DNA from: a virus
Strand: one strand, 5' to 3'
DNA length: 57,877 bases
Virus record (IMG/VR): IMGVR_UViG_3300028534_000017
Coordinates: 72,284-130,160 of that record
Every line of letters starts with the position of its first letter. Position 1 is the stretch's first letter. Positions 19,272-29,531 of the stretch are shown piece after piece. Under the pieces are notes generated by a model, which saw only the letters and a list, made by a program, of their open reading frames with translations, was not told where the DNA came from and ran no database searches. The position numbers and the translations under genes are program-made.

Positions 19272-20666
19272 ATGGCAGAACAAAATGTAGCTATAATTGG
19301 AAAAATTCCAGGTTATGGTCAAATTTTAGATTATAAAAATACATTCGGTAAAATACTTTTACGCGACGTTACTTATATAGATTTAATACCAGCTACCTAT
19401 ACAGTTAACTTAGGTATGATTGGAAAGAATGGAAACATAAGTGATTTTTATAAATACACTTCTGGTTCTGGAGCAACTACAATTATTGATATTTATAAAA
19501 ATGTTATAAAAAATCTTAGTGATTATTCAATCAAACAATTTGAAAAAGGTTTGGATGGTATACCAGATATAAAAGATGATGATAAAAAAGCTATGGTAGT
19601 TACCGCTAAAAAAATTTGTAGCGTTTGGGAAAAAACCACAAGTATTAGAATTATGGGGGCGAATGATAGTACCTTTACGGAAACCATTTCTAATAATTTC
19701 CAAGATAATAATTCGGGTAGTAATTTGCCAAATGTTGGTTCAATGGTAATGAATAAAATTTTACCAAGCGTTAATAATATGCTTGGTTCTGAAACATTAA
19801 TCGGGAAATTTCAAAATATGGGTTATAGTAATGCTTTGGATGCTCTTACAGCTGCCAGTACTAAAAGTGGTTTAACTTCTTTATTAAGTGGTCGTGTACT
19901 TGGTGTTCAATTCGCCACTCCAAACACTTGGCAAAGTTCTTCTTATAATAGTACTTTAAATATTTTTATAAAATTAGCTAGTCCAAGTGGTGATCCGGTA
20001 AGTATTTATAAAAATATTACTTTACCAATTTTAACTATGATGTCTGCAGGTTCACCAATTACAATAAACGGTGTTACTTATGCAATGCCATTAGTTTGGG
20101 ATGTTAGAGCATATGGTATTACTCATTTTAAAATTGGGGCCATTGCAGCCATGACAATTTCCAGAGGTTCTTATGAAACCGTTTTTAATAGCGCTAAACA
20201 ACCATTGTTAGTGGATGTCCGTTTAACTATAGTACCATTAATGCAAGATTTCGCAGTTCAATATACTGGTTCGGCAAAAGGAGTATTTGATACTACCATT
20301 ACGGAAATTAAAACAGTCATTGTAAAAGCATCTGATACAGCTAAATCATTAACGAATGCTTTTAATAGTTTAACAGCAAGTATACAAAGTACTTATAATT
20401 ATTTAAAGGATTTAATGAATAGTATTGCTAATGCTACTAAAGATGTAATAGATTCTGTTAGTTATGGAAAATTAACTAGTATGTATGGTAGAAATGGATT
20501 GGGTGTTCAATCTCCAGGCGACGAAGTAGATGGTCTAATGGGCATTGCTTATGGTGGGCCAGGTGATACTGCTACACAAGGATCATTTATGAAGGTAGAT
20601 ACTTACCCAAATGATGATAATGGCTATGTAGCTGGTTTTGCTAATAGCTATACATTTAAGGTATAG
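19272..20666 (+). CDS. Baseplate/tail-tube initiator-like protein (gp48/gp54-like)
   Basis: FATPNTWQSSSY..LNIFIKL and MTISRG...PLLVDVRLTIVP tube-fold pattern. Confidence 0.5.
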   Translation: MAEQNVAIIGKIPGYGQILDYKNTFGKILLRDVTYIDLIPATYTVNLGMIGKNGNISDFYKYTSGSGATTIIDIYKNVIKNLSDYSIKQFEKGLDGIPDIKDDDKKAMVVTAKKICSVWEKTTSIRIMGANDSTFTETISNNFQDNNSGSNLPNVGSMVMNKILPSVNNMLGSETLIGKFQNMGYSNALDALTAASTKSGLTSLLSGRVLGVQFATPNTWQSSSYNSTLNIFIKLASPSGDPVSIYKNITLPILTMMSAGSPITINGVTYAMPLVWDVRAYGITHFKIGAIAAMTISRGSYETVFNSAKQPLLVDVRLTIVPLMQDFAVQYTGSAKGVFDTTITEIKTVIVKASDTAKSLTNAFNSLTASIQSTYNYLKDLMNSIANATKDVIDSVSYGKLTSMYGRNGLGVQSPGDEVDGLMGIAYGGPGDTATQGSFMKVDTYPNDDNGYVAGFANSYTFKV

Positions 20667-20697
20667 ATATACTATTAATAAACAAAAGGAAATTTAA

Positions 20698-21222
20698 ATG
20701 AATCAAGAATATTTATGGTTATATCCAATAATTATTGGATCATTAGCTTTTTTAATCGGTATGTTATTATTTGTAATTGATACGAGACGTAAAAGTAAAT
20801 TAGAACAAGATAAATTGGAAAATAAAGATTTAAAATTAAAAAATCCTAAAAGTATAGAACCTCCCAAAGCAAAATATGTTATGGAATTTTTAGATGATTT
20901 AATTAAAAAGAAATATGAATATTATTTATATAAGGATATTCTTCCAGTATATATTGGAAATGAATATTCAAAAAAAGAAAAATTTTCTAAAGAAAAATTT
21001 TTAGAAATAAAGAACTTTTTCTTTAATGATCTTTATATGAGTCTTTCTCCAGAAATGAAAAAAGAAATGGTTACAATATTTAGTACCAGTGGAATAGAAA
21101 TGTATATACATCAACGATTCGCTACCTATTTTAATAAAACCGACGCTAAGTTTTTAAACAAAGAAGAAGATATAAAAGATAATATGTTTTTCATGTCCGA
21201 AATAGAAACGAATAAAAATTAA
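20698..21222 (+). CDS. Membrane-anchored hypothetical protein
   Basis: N-terminal TM helix; lies just before the portal gene. Confidence 0.7.
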   Translation: MNQEYLWLYPIIIGSLAFLIGMLLFVIDTRRKSKLEQDKLENKDLKLKNPKSIEPPKAKYVMEFLDDLIKKKYEYYLYKDILPVYIGNEYSKKEKFSKEKFLEIKNFFFNDLYMSLSPEMKKEMVTIFSTSGIEMYIHQRFATYFNKTDAKFLNKEEDIKDNMFFMSEIETNKN

Positions 21223-21231
21223 GGAGAATAA

Positions 21232-23475
21232 ATGGCAAATGAATATAATGATTGGGGAATACCCGATCCTAGTCAAGATCCTAACCAAATGAATCCTCAG
21301 GAACAACAAACACCAGAACAAAATGCAATAGATGTTCTGGATGATTTAGATAATTTAGATCAAATAACGAACGAATTTGATAAAATATATTCTGAAGTTG
21401 TTAATGGTAGTTCTGATATGCAATTATTTAGTTCTAACGTTCAACGTATAGAAATAAATAATATTAATCCAGTTCTTGCCGGAATGAGCAGTACTAAATC
21501 AGATAAGGCCGAGAAAGACGAAGAGAATAAAGATTTAGATGATTTACTAAATACTAACTCGGATGATATTTTAAAAATATTTAACAATGGTAATATTAGT
21601 AATAATAGAAAACAGATTTATGATCTTTATAATGAAATTTCTGAAATTAATCCAATCGCTTATAGAATGCTTAGAGTTTATATTGACAATATTCTTATTA
21701 AAAATATTCAAAATAAACAATTTATAAATACTATCGAAAATGACCATAATGAATTAATGATTAAATTAGATAAAAATGTTAAAAAGAATATTTCTAATTT
21801 TATGAAAACTTTTCTAGTTTATTTTGATATTCAAAATAAACTAAAGAATAGTATTATTCACAATACTCTTAAGTACGGCGACTTTTATATGGAGGTAATT
21901 GATCTTTCTGGTATTTCTAAAATTGCAGAAACTCGTTCGGAATTGATTACTGAGAATATTACTTTTTATGGAGAAGATAAAAATGTTACAGCTAATTGTA
22001 ATTTAGGATATCTAGAACTTCCAGTGATTCAAAAAGAAGAAATTCAAGAGAATTATACAGAAGCTCCTTCCGAACAATTTCTAAATCTTTTAAAATCTAA
22101 AGAAAGTATTCAAGAGAACGATATCAATTTATTTAATGATGTATATATGGATCAAGTTGGAGAATTGGAACAAAGTGGTTTTCAATCAGACTTATTTGAT
22201 ATTAACGATATAAAAGATTTAAATTTTGATATTATTAAAAATATTTATTTAAAATTTATTCAACCTACTTCTGTTATTAAATTGGAACAAGATGGGATTA
22301 ATTTTGGATATTTGGTAATCGAAGAATTAAATAAAGGCGCTGAAGCGGATGAGGTAAACCTTTATAAAAGATTTGCAAATGATGATGATAATACTAGTAA
22401 TAAAGAATCTCTTACTAATAAGAAAACCACAGACGAAGTAATTGATAAATTCAGTAAAGAAATTATTTTTAAACTAAAAGAACATTTAGCAGTTTCTAAT
22501 AATTTTATAGATGATTTACCAGAAGAATTATCATTCAGTCTTAAAGTTATTCTTTATGAAAAAATTAAGAAAAGATCTAAACTAAAATTTAGATTAGTCG
22601 AACCAAATAATTTAATTAACTTTCATACAAATATTGATAAGTTTGCTCCTTATGCAACAAGTGTATTTGATCCAATAGTTCTTCCAGTTAAACTATATAC
22701 AATTGCTCTTTTAAGTTCAGTTATATCTAGATTAAGTAGAGCTTCCGTAGTTCGTAAATGGAATATTGAAGTTGGTAAAAGAAGAAACCATTCTCAAATC
22801 GTTCAAAATGTTCAAAAAGAACTTAAGACTAAAAATATTTCATACGATGATTTGGGATCGATGAAAAATATTTCTCAAATTATGACCGACTTCCGCGATA
22901 TTGCTACAGTATCTAAGAATGGTCAAAAGTTTATTGATATGGAAGTTATGCCCATGCATGATAGAGCATTGCCTATTAATGATTTAGGCGATCTTAGAAA
23001 TGAACTTATTGCAGCCACAGGTATTCCATCGGTATTTTTAAATATTGGAGAGAATATAGAACAAAGAGAAACCTTAGTAAATCTTAATATTACTTTCGCT
23101 AATAGTATTACTACTTATCAAGGTTATATCGAAGACGCATTAAATGATTTAATTAATACTGTATTTCAAAAAGTACTTAAGGCCAATAATAAAGATTATA
23201 AATCTTTTAATATTACTCAGTACATGAAATTTACTTTAAATGCTCCAGTTATTTTACAATTACAAAATAGCGAAGCGGTTATTAGTAGTATTGGTAATCT
23301 AGTTGGAACTCTTACTCAGGCTGGAATGAAAGTGGATCCAGAGGAATTATTTAAACTTTATGCTCCTAATCTACCGTGGAATAAATTAAAAAGTGGTGGC
23401 GAAACGGAAATTAAAGAACAAATTAAAGAACAGATTATGCAAAACTTAGCCCAACCTCCAGAACAAGCTCAATAA
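21232..23475 (+). CDS. Portal protein, T4 gp20-like
   Basis: SSVISRLSRASVVRKWNIEVG resembles the gp20 IYRITRAPxRRVxYIDxG motif; also KYGDFY and LIAATGIP. Confidence 0.75.
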   Translation: MANEYNDWGIPDPSQDPNQMNPQEQQTPEQNAIDVLDDLDNLDQITNEFDKIYSEVVNGSSDMQLFSSNVQRIEINNINPVLAGMSSTKSDKAEKDEENKDLDDLLNTNSDDILKIFNNGNISNNRKQIYDLYNEISEINPIAYRMLRVYIDNILIKNIQNKQFINTIENDHNELMIKLDKNVKKNISNFMKTFLVYFDIQNKLKNSIIHNTLKYGDFYMEVIDLSGISKIAETRSELITENITFYGEDKNVTANCNLGYLELPVIQKEEIQENYTEAPSEQFLNLLKSKESIQENDINLFNDVYMDQVGELEQSGFQSDLFDINDIKDLNFDIIKNIYLKFIQPTSVIKLEQDGINFGYLVIEELNKGAEADEVNLYKRFANDDDNTSNKESLTNKKTTDEVIDKFSKEIIFKLKEHLAVSNNFIDDLPEELSFSLKVILYEKIKKRSKLKFRLVEPNNLINFHTNIDKFAPYATSVFDPIVLPVKLYTIALLSSVISRLSRASVVRKWNIEVGKRRNHSQIVQNVQKELKTKNISYDDLGSMKNISQIMTDFRDIATVSKNGQKFIDMEVMPMHDRALPINDLGDLRNELIAATGIPSVFLNIGENIEQRETLVNLNITFANSITTYQGYIEDALNDLINTVFQKVLKANNKDYKSFNITQYMKFTLNAPVILQLQNSEAVISSIGNLVGTLTQAGMKVDPEELFKLYAPNLPWNKLKSGGETEIKEQIKEQIMQNLAQPPEQAQ

Positions 23476-23507
23476 ATTCTTAGGCATAAGCCTAAGAATT
23501 TCCTGTC
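23474..23507 (+). terminator. Hairpin terminator followed by TTTCCTGTC
   Basis: AAATTCTTAGGC-ATAA-GCCTAAGAATTT-CCTGTC. Confidence 0.8.
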
Positions 23508-23518
23508 TTTTAACTTTC

Positions 23519-23538
23519 GAACTAAATATTAAATAACC
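23519..23538 (+). promoter_or_regulatory. Putative late promoter (GAACTAAATAT)
   Basis: Same motif at 49125-49135 and a variant at 15824. Confidence 0.5.
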
Positions 23539-23564
23539 TTACCAAAGTATATCAAAGGAATCTT

Positions 23565-24245
23565 ATGAAAAAGAAAATAAGTTTAGAAATTTTAGAAGAG
23601 AATGGTTTTCAATATGGTCGTTCGCCTTGGGATTTTTTAATCGAAGAAGCCAAAACTCAAGAAGTAAACTCAGACGATGATACCCCTCCAGAAGATACTC
23701 CAGAAGATACTGATTCAAATAATACTCCAGTAGAAGATGGAGGGGATAAAGAAAATGGCGATGAAGGTCAAGAAGAACCTTTATTATCGGAAGAAGAACT
23801 TCAACAATTAGCCCAAGATTTACAACAATCTGAAGATATGGAAGCTGATGTAAAAGAGTTATTAGATTCTGGAAAAATTAACCAAGCCGATGTGGAATTA
23901 CTTGGTCAGATGTTACAGGGTTCCCAAGAGCCGACTCCAGAAGAAGAAAGAGCTTACCAAATAAATAATATCCAAGAGATGGTAATTCGTTTTAATATTT
24001 ATGATAAATTAAATGATCTTGAAAGTAAATTGGAAATATTTACAGATAATTTTCCAAATATAGATGAGGAATTTTATAAAGACGTTGCACAAATACATGA
24101 ATATATTAAAGTTGTAAATACTTTAATATTTAATTTAGAAATTAATTTAGTTTATCAATTATTTGCTAATCTAGAAATGAAATTAATAGAACTATTTAAA
24201 AATTACCAAATTAAAACGCAACAAGAAAAACAAAATAAAGGATAA
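23565..24245 (+). CDS. Acidic prohead core/scaffold-like protein
   Basis: Acidic, follows the portal, has ILEE/LIEE motifs. Confidence 0.45.
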   Translation: MKKKISLEILEENGFQYGRSPWDFLIEEAKTQEVNSDDDTPPEDTPEDTDSNNTPVEDGGDKENGDEGQEEPLLSEEELQQLAQDLQQSEDMEADVKELLDSGKINQADVELLGQMLQGSQEPTPEEERAYQINNIQEMVIRFNIYDKLNDLESKLEIFTDNFPNIDEEFYKDVAQIHEYIKVVNTLIFNLEINLVYQLFANLEMKLIELFKNYQIKTQQEKQNKG

Positions 24246-24247
24246 TT

Positions 24248-27166
24248 ATGAGTATTACAATTAACGGTTTAGATGATTATAAAAATGCCGAAATACTTGG
24301 TCTAGAGCCAAGTGACAGAGCACCAAATGATTATTTAAGATTAGTAGCAAAGGTATTTAATTCTTTTAAACCTATTGATGCGACAGAAACGGTTTCATCG
24401 TATATTAATGGATTAGAAACAACAGTACAGAAAAAAATATCAAATGATGAAAATATTTTAGAATTTTATATTAATAAAGGTTCTTGTTTTGTAGACGATC
24501 AATTTATAGCATTTATAGATGATATTATATTTAACGTACCAATATCAAAATTAGTAAATCAAGTTGATTATTATTTAGTAATAAAATATCAATATAGTAA
24601 TCAATGTTTATATAATCCTGCGACTATAGATTATGTAGCAGTTAGTTCATACGATCCTTCGAAAATGTTAAGAATTATTCAATTTAAAATGGATGGTTAT
24701 GAATTAATAACATATCCTCAAAATCTCGATGATATGTTTATGGATAACTATACTAGATTATTTCAATTAGTTTCTGATAGTGCTATGGATTTATTTAAAA
24801 TTAATGCTTATCAAGGATTAACTATAGATGCTGGAAAAGTATATAAAAATAGTATCACTCCCGAATACAGTACTAAATCCGGAGATGTAGTATTCTTAGA
24901 TTTAGATGGTTTATATAAACCGGCAAGAGCATGTAATAGAAAAATAGATAAAGCGATGGGTATTTATGTATATACTCCAAAATCCGGATCGCATACTATC
25001 GTTACCAGTGGACTTATAGATTTTGAAAATAATTTTGAAATAGACGATAGCAATAAAATATTATTAAATATGGAACCTGGTAAAAGTTATTATTTATTAG
25101 ATAACTGTTCTGAAACTAACTATGCTTGGGAAGATGGTCAACAGCCAGTTCCAGGAAAAGTAAGTTCTCGATTTACTCCTGGTAATGTAATGGTTGGTTA
25201 TGCTTTAGATAATAAAAAATTGATGGTTAATTTTCAATATGCTAGTGAAATGGATACAGCTAACTTTTTAGAACTTATTGGATTACCAGAACAATTCCAA
25301 GATCGTTTCAATATCATTTACGCTTATTGGAATAGTATTCAATCTAAAGAATTTCGCAAATTATTTACTCAGGGATTACAATTACTTAAAGAAGATTTAG
25401 CTGCTCGGAAAGATCAGGCTGTAATGGATAGTCAAGTAAAAGAAAATGAGTACCAAGATAATTTAACTAAATATAATAATACTACTTTAAATAATAATCC
25501 AAGTATTACTATTGGTCAAATAACTGGACCTATTTCGGCACTAACATTAGAAAATACTTTGGTTGATCAATACAAAGTTTTAAATAAATATCAATCAGAA
25601 AATGTATTTAAAAATACTAAAATTAATTACTTAGTAAATTATTTGGTAGATTTCGAATCATATATCAAATATCGTACTACTGATATCAATACTACGCTCG
25701 AATATTTAAATAAACTTTTACTAGATTTTACTGATAAAGATCAGAGTCAATTATTCTTTTTAGAAGAATACATAATTCAAAGTTTTGAAAGTTCATTAAA
25801 TACTTTCCAAGATTTTCAAAGTCTTGCTTTACCAGGTATAAATAGAATAAGCGTTGGAAGTACTAATATAACCGTACCAAAAGTAAAAACCGCTACTGAT
25901 GCACCAGAAGGAATTCAAACAGCCATTCAAAATATAACTATAAGTTCGCCTCATTATAGTATCACCACTAGAAGTTCTGTTGGAGCATTATCACAAGGTA
26001 CTTTAATTGGTCCAATGACTCCATATAATACTACAAACGAAATTATAAGCGATACTTACAATCCAGTAGAAGCTTTTATTTCAAATACAAATACATTACA
26101 TAATAGTTTAAAAAATATTAGTACCATTAATACTAATATAAAAACGACCACGGAAACATTGTATAATGCTTTGGTTTCGTATGATATTGGGGAAATAAAA
26201 AATTTATTGGATATTTCTGGAAATAGTGGAGCATCAATTTCGTATTATACTAATCAACTTGGAACTGTTTTATTTGGAGATCCAAAGATGTCCGAAATTA
26301 TAGCAAGTTCTTATGGGATCGGCGACTATTTAAATAAAATTCATTATTTTATAGATATAACCGAAGATAAATTAGATTTTAAAAAATTTGAAACTAATTT
26401 AAAAGTAGATATTTACTCAATTTACTATATTGCTCGATATTTAATTCAAGAAGCAAATGAAGTACTTAAATATTTAGATTCATTATCTGCTACGGAAAGT
26501 GAAAATAATACAGCTAAAGAAATTATCGAAGATGTTATAGATGTATATGATCAAGAAAAAAGAAATTATATAAATGATAAATATAATAATTTTACTTTAT
26601 ATCAAGAAAGTCTTAGAGAATTCAGTAATATAATTTTACAAATCGATGATCTTGATTTAGATATAAATGATTTAAACGAAAGAATAATTTCAGAAAATTC
26701 TTTAATAACTAAATTAGAAAACGATATTGTGAATATGGATCAACAGGTAATTGATAGAATAAATTATCAAAAAAGCGTCAACACCATTTTATATATTAGT
26801 GAATACGAAAGAAAAATATATAATTACACATATCTAACTATTCGTATTAGATTAAAACAAAAATTATTAATAGCTATTAATAACGATATTCAAATATTAA
26901 ATGATATTTTATTACAATTAAAAAGTCAAACTATTCCAAATAGATCATTAATAGATAAAACAGAAAACAACTTGAATTCATTTGTAAGTGTTTTAGAAAA
27001 TCTTACTCTCGAATTAGAAGGAATGGTAATCGAATATAATAATTTAAGACTACAATTTGGTATAGATGATCCAATTACTATAACAGATTATGAATTTAAT
27101 GATCATGGTTTAGCGGATCCAAATTTAGAATGTTTTCAGAATTTAAACACATTTACGGATTATTAA
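24248..27166 (+). CDS. Large virion structural protein (beta-rich N-terminus, coiled-coil C-terminus)
   Basis: 972 aa; GDVVFLD..GLYKPA module, long heptad repeats, structural context. Confidence 0.5.
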   Translation: MSITINGLDDYKNAEILGLEPSDRAPNDYLRLVAKVFNSFKPIDATETVSSYINGLETTVQKKISNDENILEFYINKGSCFVDDQFIAFIDDIIFNVPISKLVNQVDYYLVIKYQYSNQCLYNPATIDYVAVSSYDPSKMLRIIQFKMDGYELITYPQNLDDMFMDNYTRLFQLVSDSAMDLFKINAYQGLTIDAGKVYKNSITPEYSTKSGDVVFLDLDGLYKPARACNRKIDKAMGIYVYTPKSGSHTIVTSGLIDFENNFEIDDSNKILLNMEPGKSYYLLDNCSETNYAWEDGQQPVPGKVSSRFTPGNVMVGYALDNKKLMVNFQYASEMDTANFLELIGLPEQFQDRFNIIYAYWNSIQSKEFRKLFTQGLQLLKEDLAARKDQAVMDSQVKENEYQDNLTKYNNTTLNNNPSITIGQITGPISALTLENTLVDQYKVLNKYQSENVFKNTKINYLVNYLVDFESYIKYRTTDINTTLEYLNKLLLDFTDKDQSQLFFLEEYIIQSFESSLNTFQDFQSLALPGINRISVGSTNITVPKVKTATDAPEGIQTAIQNITISSPHYSITTRSSVGALSQGTLIGPMTPYNTTNEIISDTYNPVEAFISNTNTLHNSLKNISTINTNIKTTTETLYNALVSYDIGEIKNLLDISGNSGASISYYTNQLGTVLFGDPKMSEIIASSYGIGDYLNKIHYFIDITEDKLDFKKFETNLKVDIYSIYYIARYLIQEANEVLKYLDSLSATESENNTAKEIIEDVIDVYDQEKRNYINDKYNNFTLYQESLREFSNIILQIDDLDLDINDLNERIISENSLITKLENDIVNMDQQVIDRINYQKSVNTILYISEYERKIYNYTYLTIRIRLKQKLLIAINNDIQILNDILLQLKSQTIPNRSLIDKTENNLNSFVSVLENLTLELEGMVIEYNNLRLQFGIDDPITITDYEFNDHGLADPNLECFQNLNTFTDY

Positions 27167-27178
27167 AAGGATAAAAAA

Positions 27179-27451
27179 ATGATAAAAAAAACAGCAGTTT
27201 TAGACGCAGGTATAGAAAAGAACTTTGGAAATATCAATGGTCTTATTAACAGTATAATTATTTCAAACACTGATGGAGCTTCGGAAGCATTAGTAACGAT
27301 TAAAACGAATACAGTCGTTTTTTGGGTCGGAAATCTTCAGCCAAATACTACAATTCGTTTTAATATGGATACTGTATTCGATGAAAGTATATATGCTATT
27401 AGCAATACCGATGGTACACATATAATTTTTAATATTATAGAAACTTTATAG
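27179..27451 (+). CDS. Small beta-rich virion protein
   Basis: 90 aa, between fibre-like genes. Confidence 0.5.
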   Translation: MIKKTAVLDAGIEKNFGNINGLINSIIISNTDGASEALVTIKTNTVVFWVGNLQPNTTIRFNMDTVFDESIYAISNTDGTHIIFNIIETL

Positions 27452-27460
27452 GGGTAACTT

Positions 27461-29497
27461 ATGGAATTTACCGAAATAAAAACGTATGATATAATTGAAG
27501 AATCCTTAATAAATGGCCAATTATTATGTGAAGTAGAAACCGATGTTAATTCGGTTTCTTACTCAGTAGATTCAAGTTATAATAATTATTTTTCCGTTCA
27601 GGAAAATAAAGTTTATTTGACTGGAGATGGTAAGGAAGCTATTAATAAAGATTACCCTGAAGATATATCTAAAGAATTACAGTATCTTAACTTTACTATA
27701 ATAGCAACTAATTTAGAAACGAATGCTAGTATTTCTCAAGATATATCTATTAAAATTCAAAGAATTATAGATAATCCACCTTATGTACTAAATCATTTCG
27801 AACATAATTTATATACTCATAATTTATATCCAAATATGTTGGTATCAAAAATAGATTTAGTATATAATACATATTGTGAAATTCTAGGGATTAACGCTTC
27901 TTATTTTGATATCGATTCTATACCAAGCGCAGGAACCGATAATATAATAATTAAATTAAATAATAATGGTATTAATCAATACTCTAATTTAGATTTCGAT
28001 ACTTTAAATCAAGATGATATTGAATTAATAGATAATAGAAGAGTTTATAAACACGAATTAATTTTAAATTTTACAGACGCAACCAATGGAAAAACTTTAG
28101 TTTATTCTATTTGGACAAGATTCGTGGAAGGTGATCAATATCAGAATTTGCCTACTAAAAATAATTTAGAAATTCAAGCCGAATTATTAGCTACTAAAAT
28201 ATCCGATATAGCTACTAAAAATGACGAAACGATTAATGAATATTCTTTTGATATTTCAAATTTAAAAAGAAAAGTTTCTGTAATCGGAAGTCAATTAAAT
28301 TTAAATAGAACTCAAATTAACGAAATTCATGCATTATTACAAGAAACTATTAATGAAACCAAAGAAACTTTTGTTTTTACAGATGATAAAATAAAGGTAG
28401 TTGTTAAATCTCAAATGGATATGTACAATGTTATTTATAAAACTATTTCAGATTATTTAAATACTAATTTAAATTCGGATTTAGAAAATAAAGCAAATAT
28501 GTTTTGGATGGTTAATGAAAATGAAAATTATGGTTTAACTAATCATATTTCTTCAAAAGGTTTTAGTGAATATTTAATGGCTAGAACAGATTTAGAAATT
28601 CAAAGAAGATTTGAAAACTATACTGATACTATAAATCAAATGTTTGTTAATTTTAGAACCTTAATTAATTCAAATATTATTTCTCCAATTACTACAAAAA
28701 CCACGGAATTAGCTTCTGGTATTAATCAAGCATTTATAGATATGGTAAATATTGGTAATGTGGCAGAAGAAGCTAGAACTAGAGTACTTAATGCAGATGA
28801 CAATATAAAATATTTAGATACTCGGATTCAGTTTATGGAAGGTTTTTCATTGGAAGATTGGGGTACTGATAATACTTGGAAATTTTTTGGAAGTTCTTTA
28901 CAATATACGGGCATAGACGTAATTCGTTGGGGAAGCACAGAAGTTGAATTATATCATAGTAATAGAATTACGTTAAACACCGATGATGGTTCTGCTTATT
29001 GGGATGGCGATACTTTAACTTTCGACAACGCTGAAAATGTTACCGTAGATGCTGGAACTTTTACTGGTACTGCTACTACGGCTAAGTATGCCGATTTAGC
29101 CGAGTACTATAAAAAAGAAATTAAGGAAGAATATCTTTATGAACCAGGAACTATTTTATATTTTAATAGATCTAAAGATACAGAAGATTTCGAAGTTACC
29201 GAAAATGCAAAAGGAAATATTTATTGTGGGGTAGTAACTACTAGTCCAGGATTTGTACTTAATAGCGCTTTCGAAGATAATCAAGAATACGTTAATATCG
29301 CATTGAATGGTAGAGTACCAGTTAAATGCAAAGGGATTATTAAAAAAGGAATGTATTTATACCCAAGTACTAATAATCCAAATATCGCGGAAGGTACTTA
29401 TCAATTTAAAGGAACACCTGATTTAATCGGAGTAGCTTTAGAAAATAGTAATATAAGTTCTTTAGAAAATTTTAAAATTCTATGTAAAGTTAAATAG
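27461..29497 (+). CDS. Tail fibre with a C-terminal auto-cleaving chaperone-like (peptidase G2/IMC-type) domain
   Basis: GTATTAKYADLAEYY...YEPGT...GVVTTSPG...IALNGRVPVK...IGVALE. Confidence 0.75.
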   Translation: MEFTEIKTYDIIEESLINGQLLCEVETDVNSVSYSVDSSYNNYFSVQENKVYLTGDGKEAINKDYPEDISKELQYLNFTIIATNLETNASISQDISIKIQRIIDNPPYVLNHFEHNLYTHNLYPNMLVSKIDLVYNTYCEILGINASYFDIDSIPSAGTDNIIIKLNNNGINQYSNLDFDTLNQDDIELIDNRRVYKHELILNFTDATNGKTLVYSIWTRFVEGDQYQNLPTKNNLEIQAELLATKISDIATKNDETINEYSFDISNLKRKVSVIGSQLNLNRTQINEIHALLQETINETKETFVFTDDKIKVVVKSQMDMYNVIYKTISDYLNTNLNSDLENKANMFWMVNENENYGLTNHISSKGFSEYLMARTDLEIQRRFENYTDTINQMFVNFRTLINSNIISPITTKTTELASGINQAFIDMVNIGNVAEEARTRVLNADDNIKYLDTRIQFMEGFSLEDWGTDNTWKFFGSSLQYTGIDVIRWGSTEVELYHSNRITLNTDDGSAYWDGDTLTFDNAENVTVDAGTFTGTATTAKYADLAEYYKKEIKEEYLYEPGTILYFNRSKDTEDFEVTENAKGNIYCGVVTTSPGFVLNSAFEDNQEYVNIALNGRVPVKCKGIIKKGMYLYPSTNNPNIAEGTYQFKGTPDLIGVALENSNISSLENFKILCKVK

Positions 29498-29531
29498 ATA
29501 TATTAATAAAAAAGAATTTAAAGGAAATTTA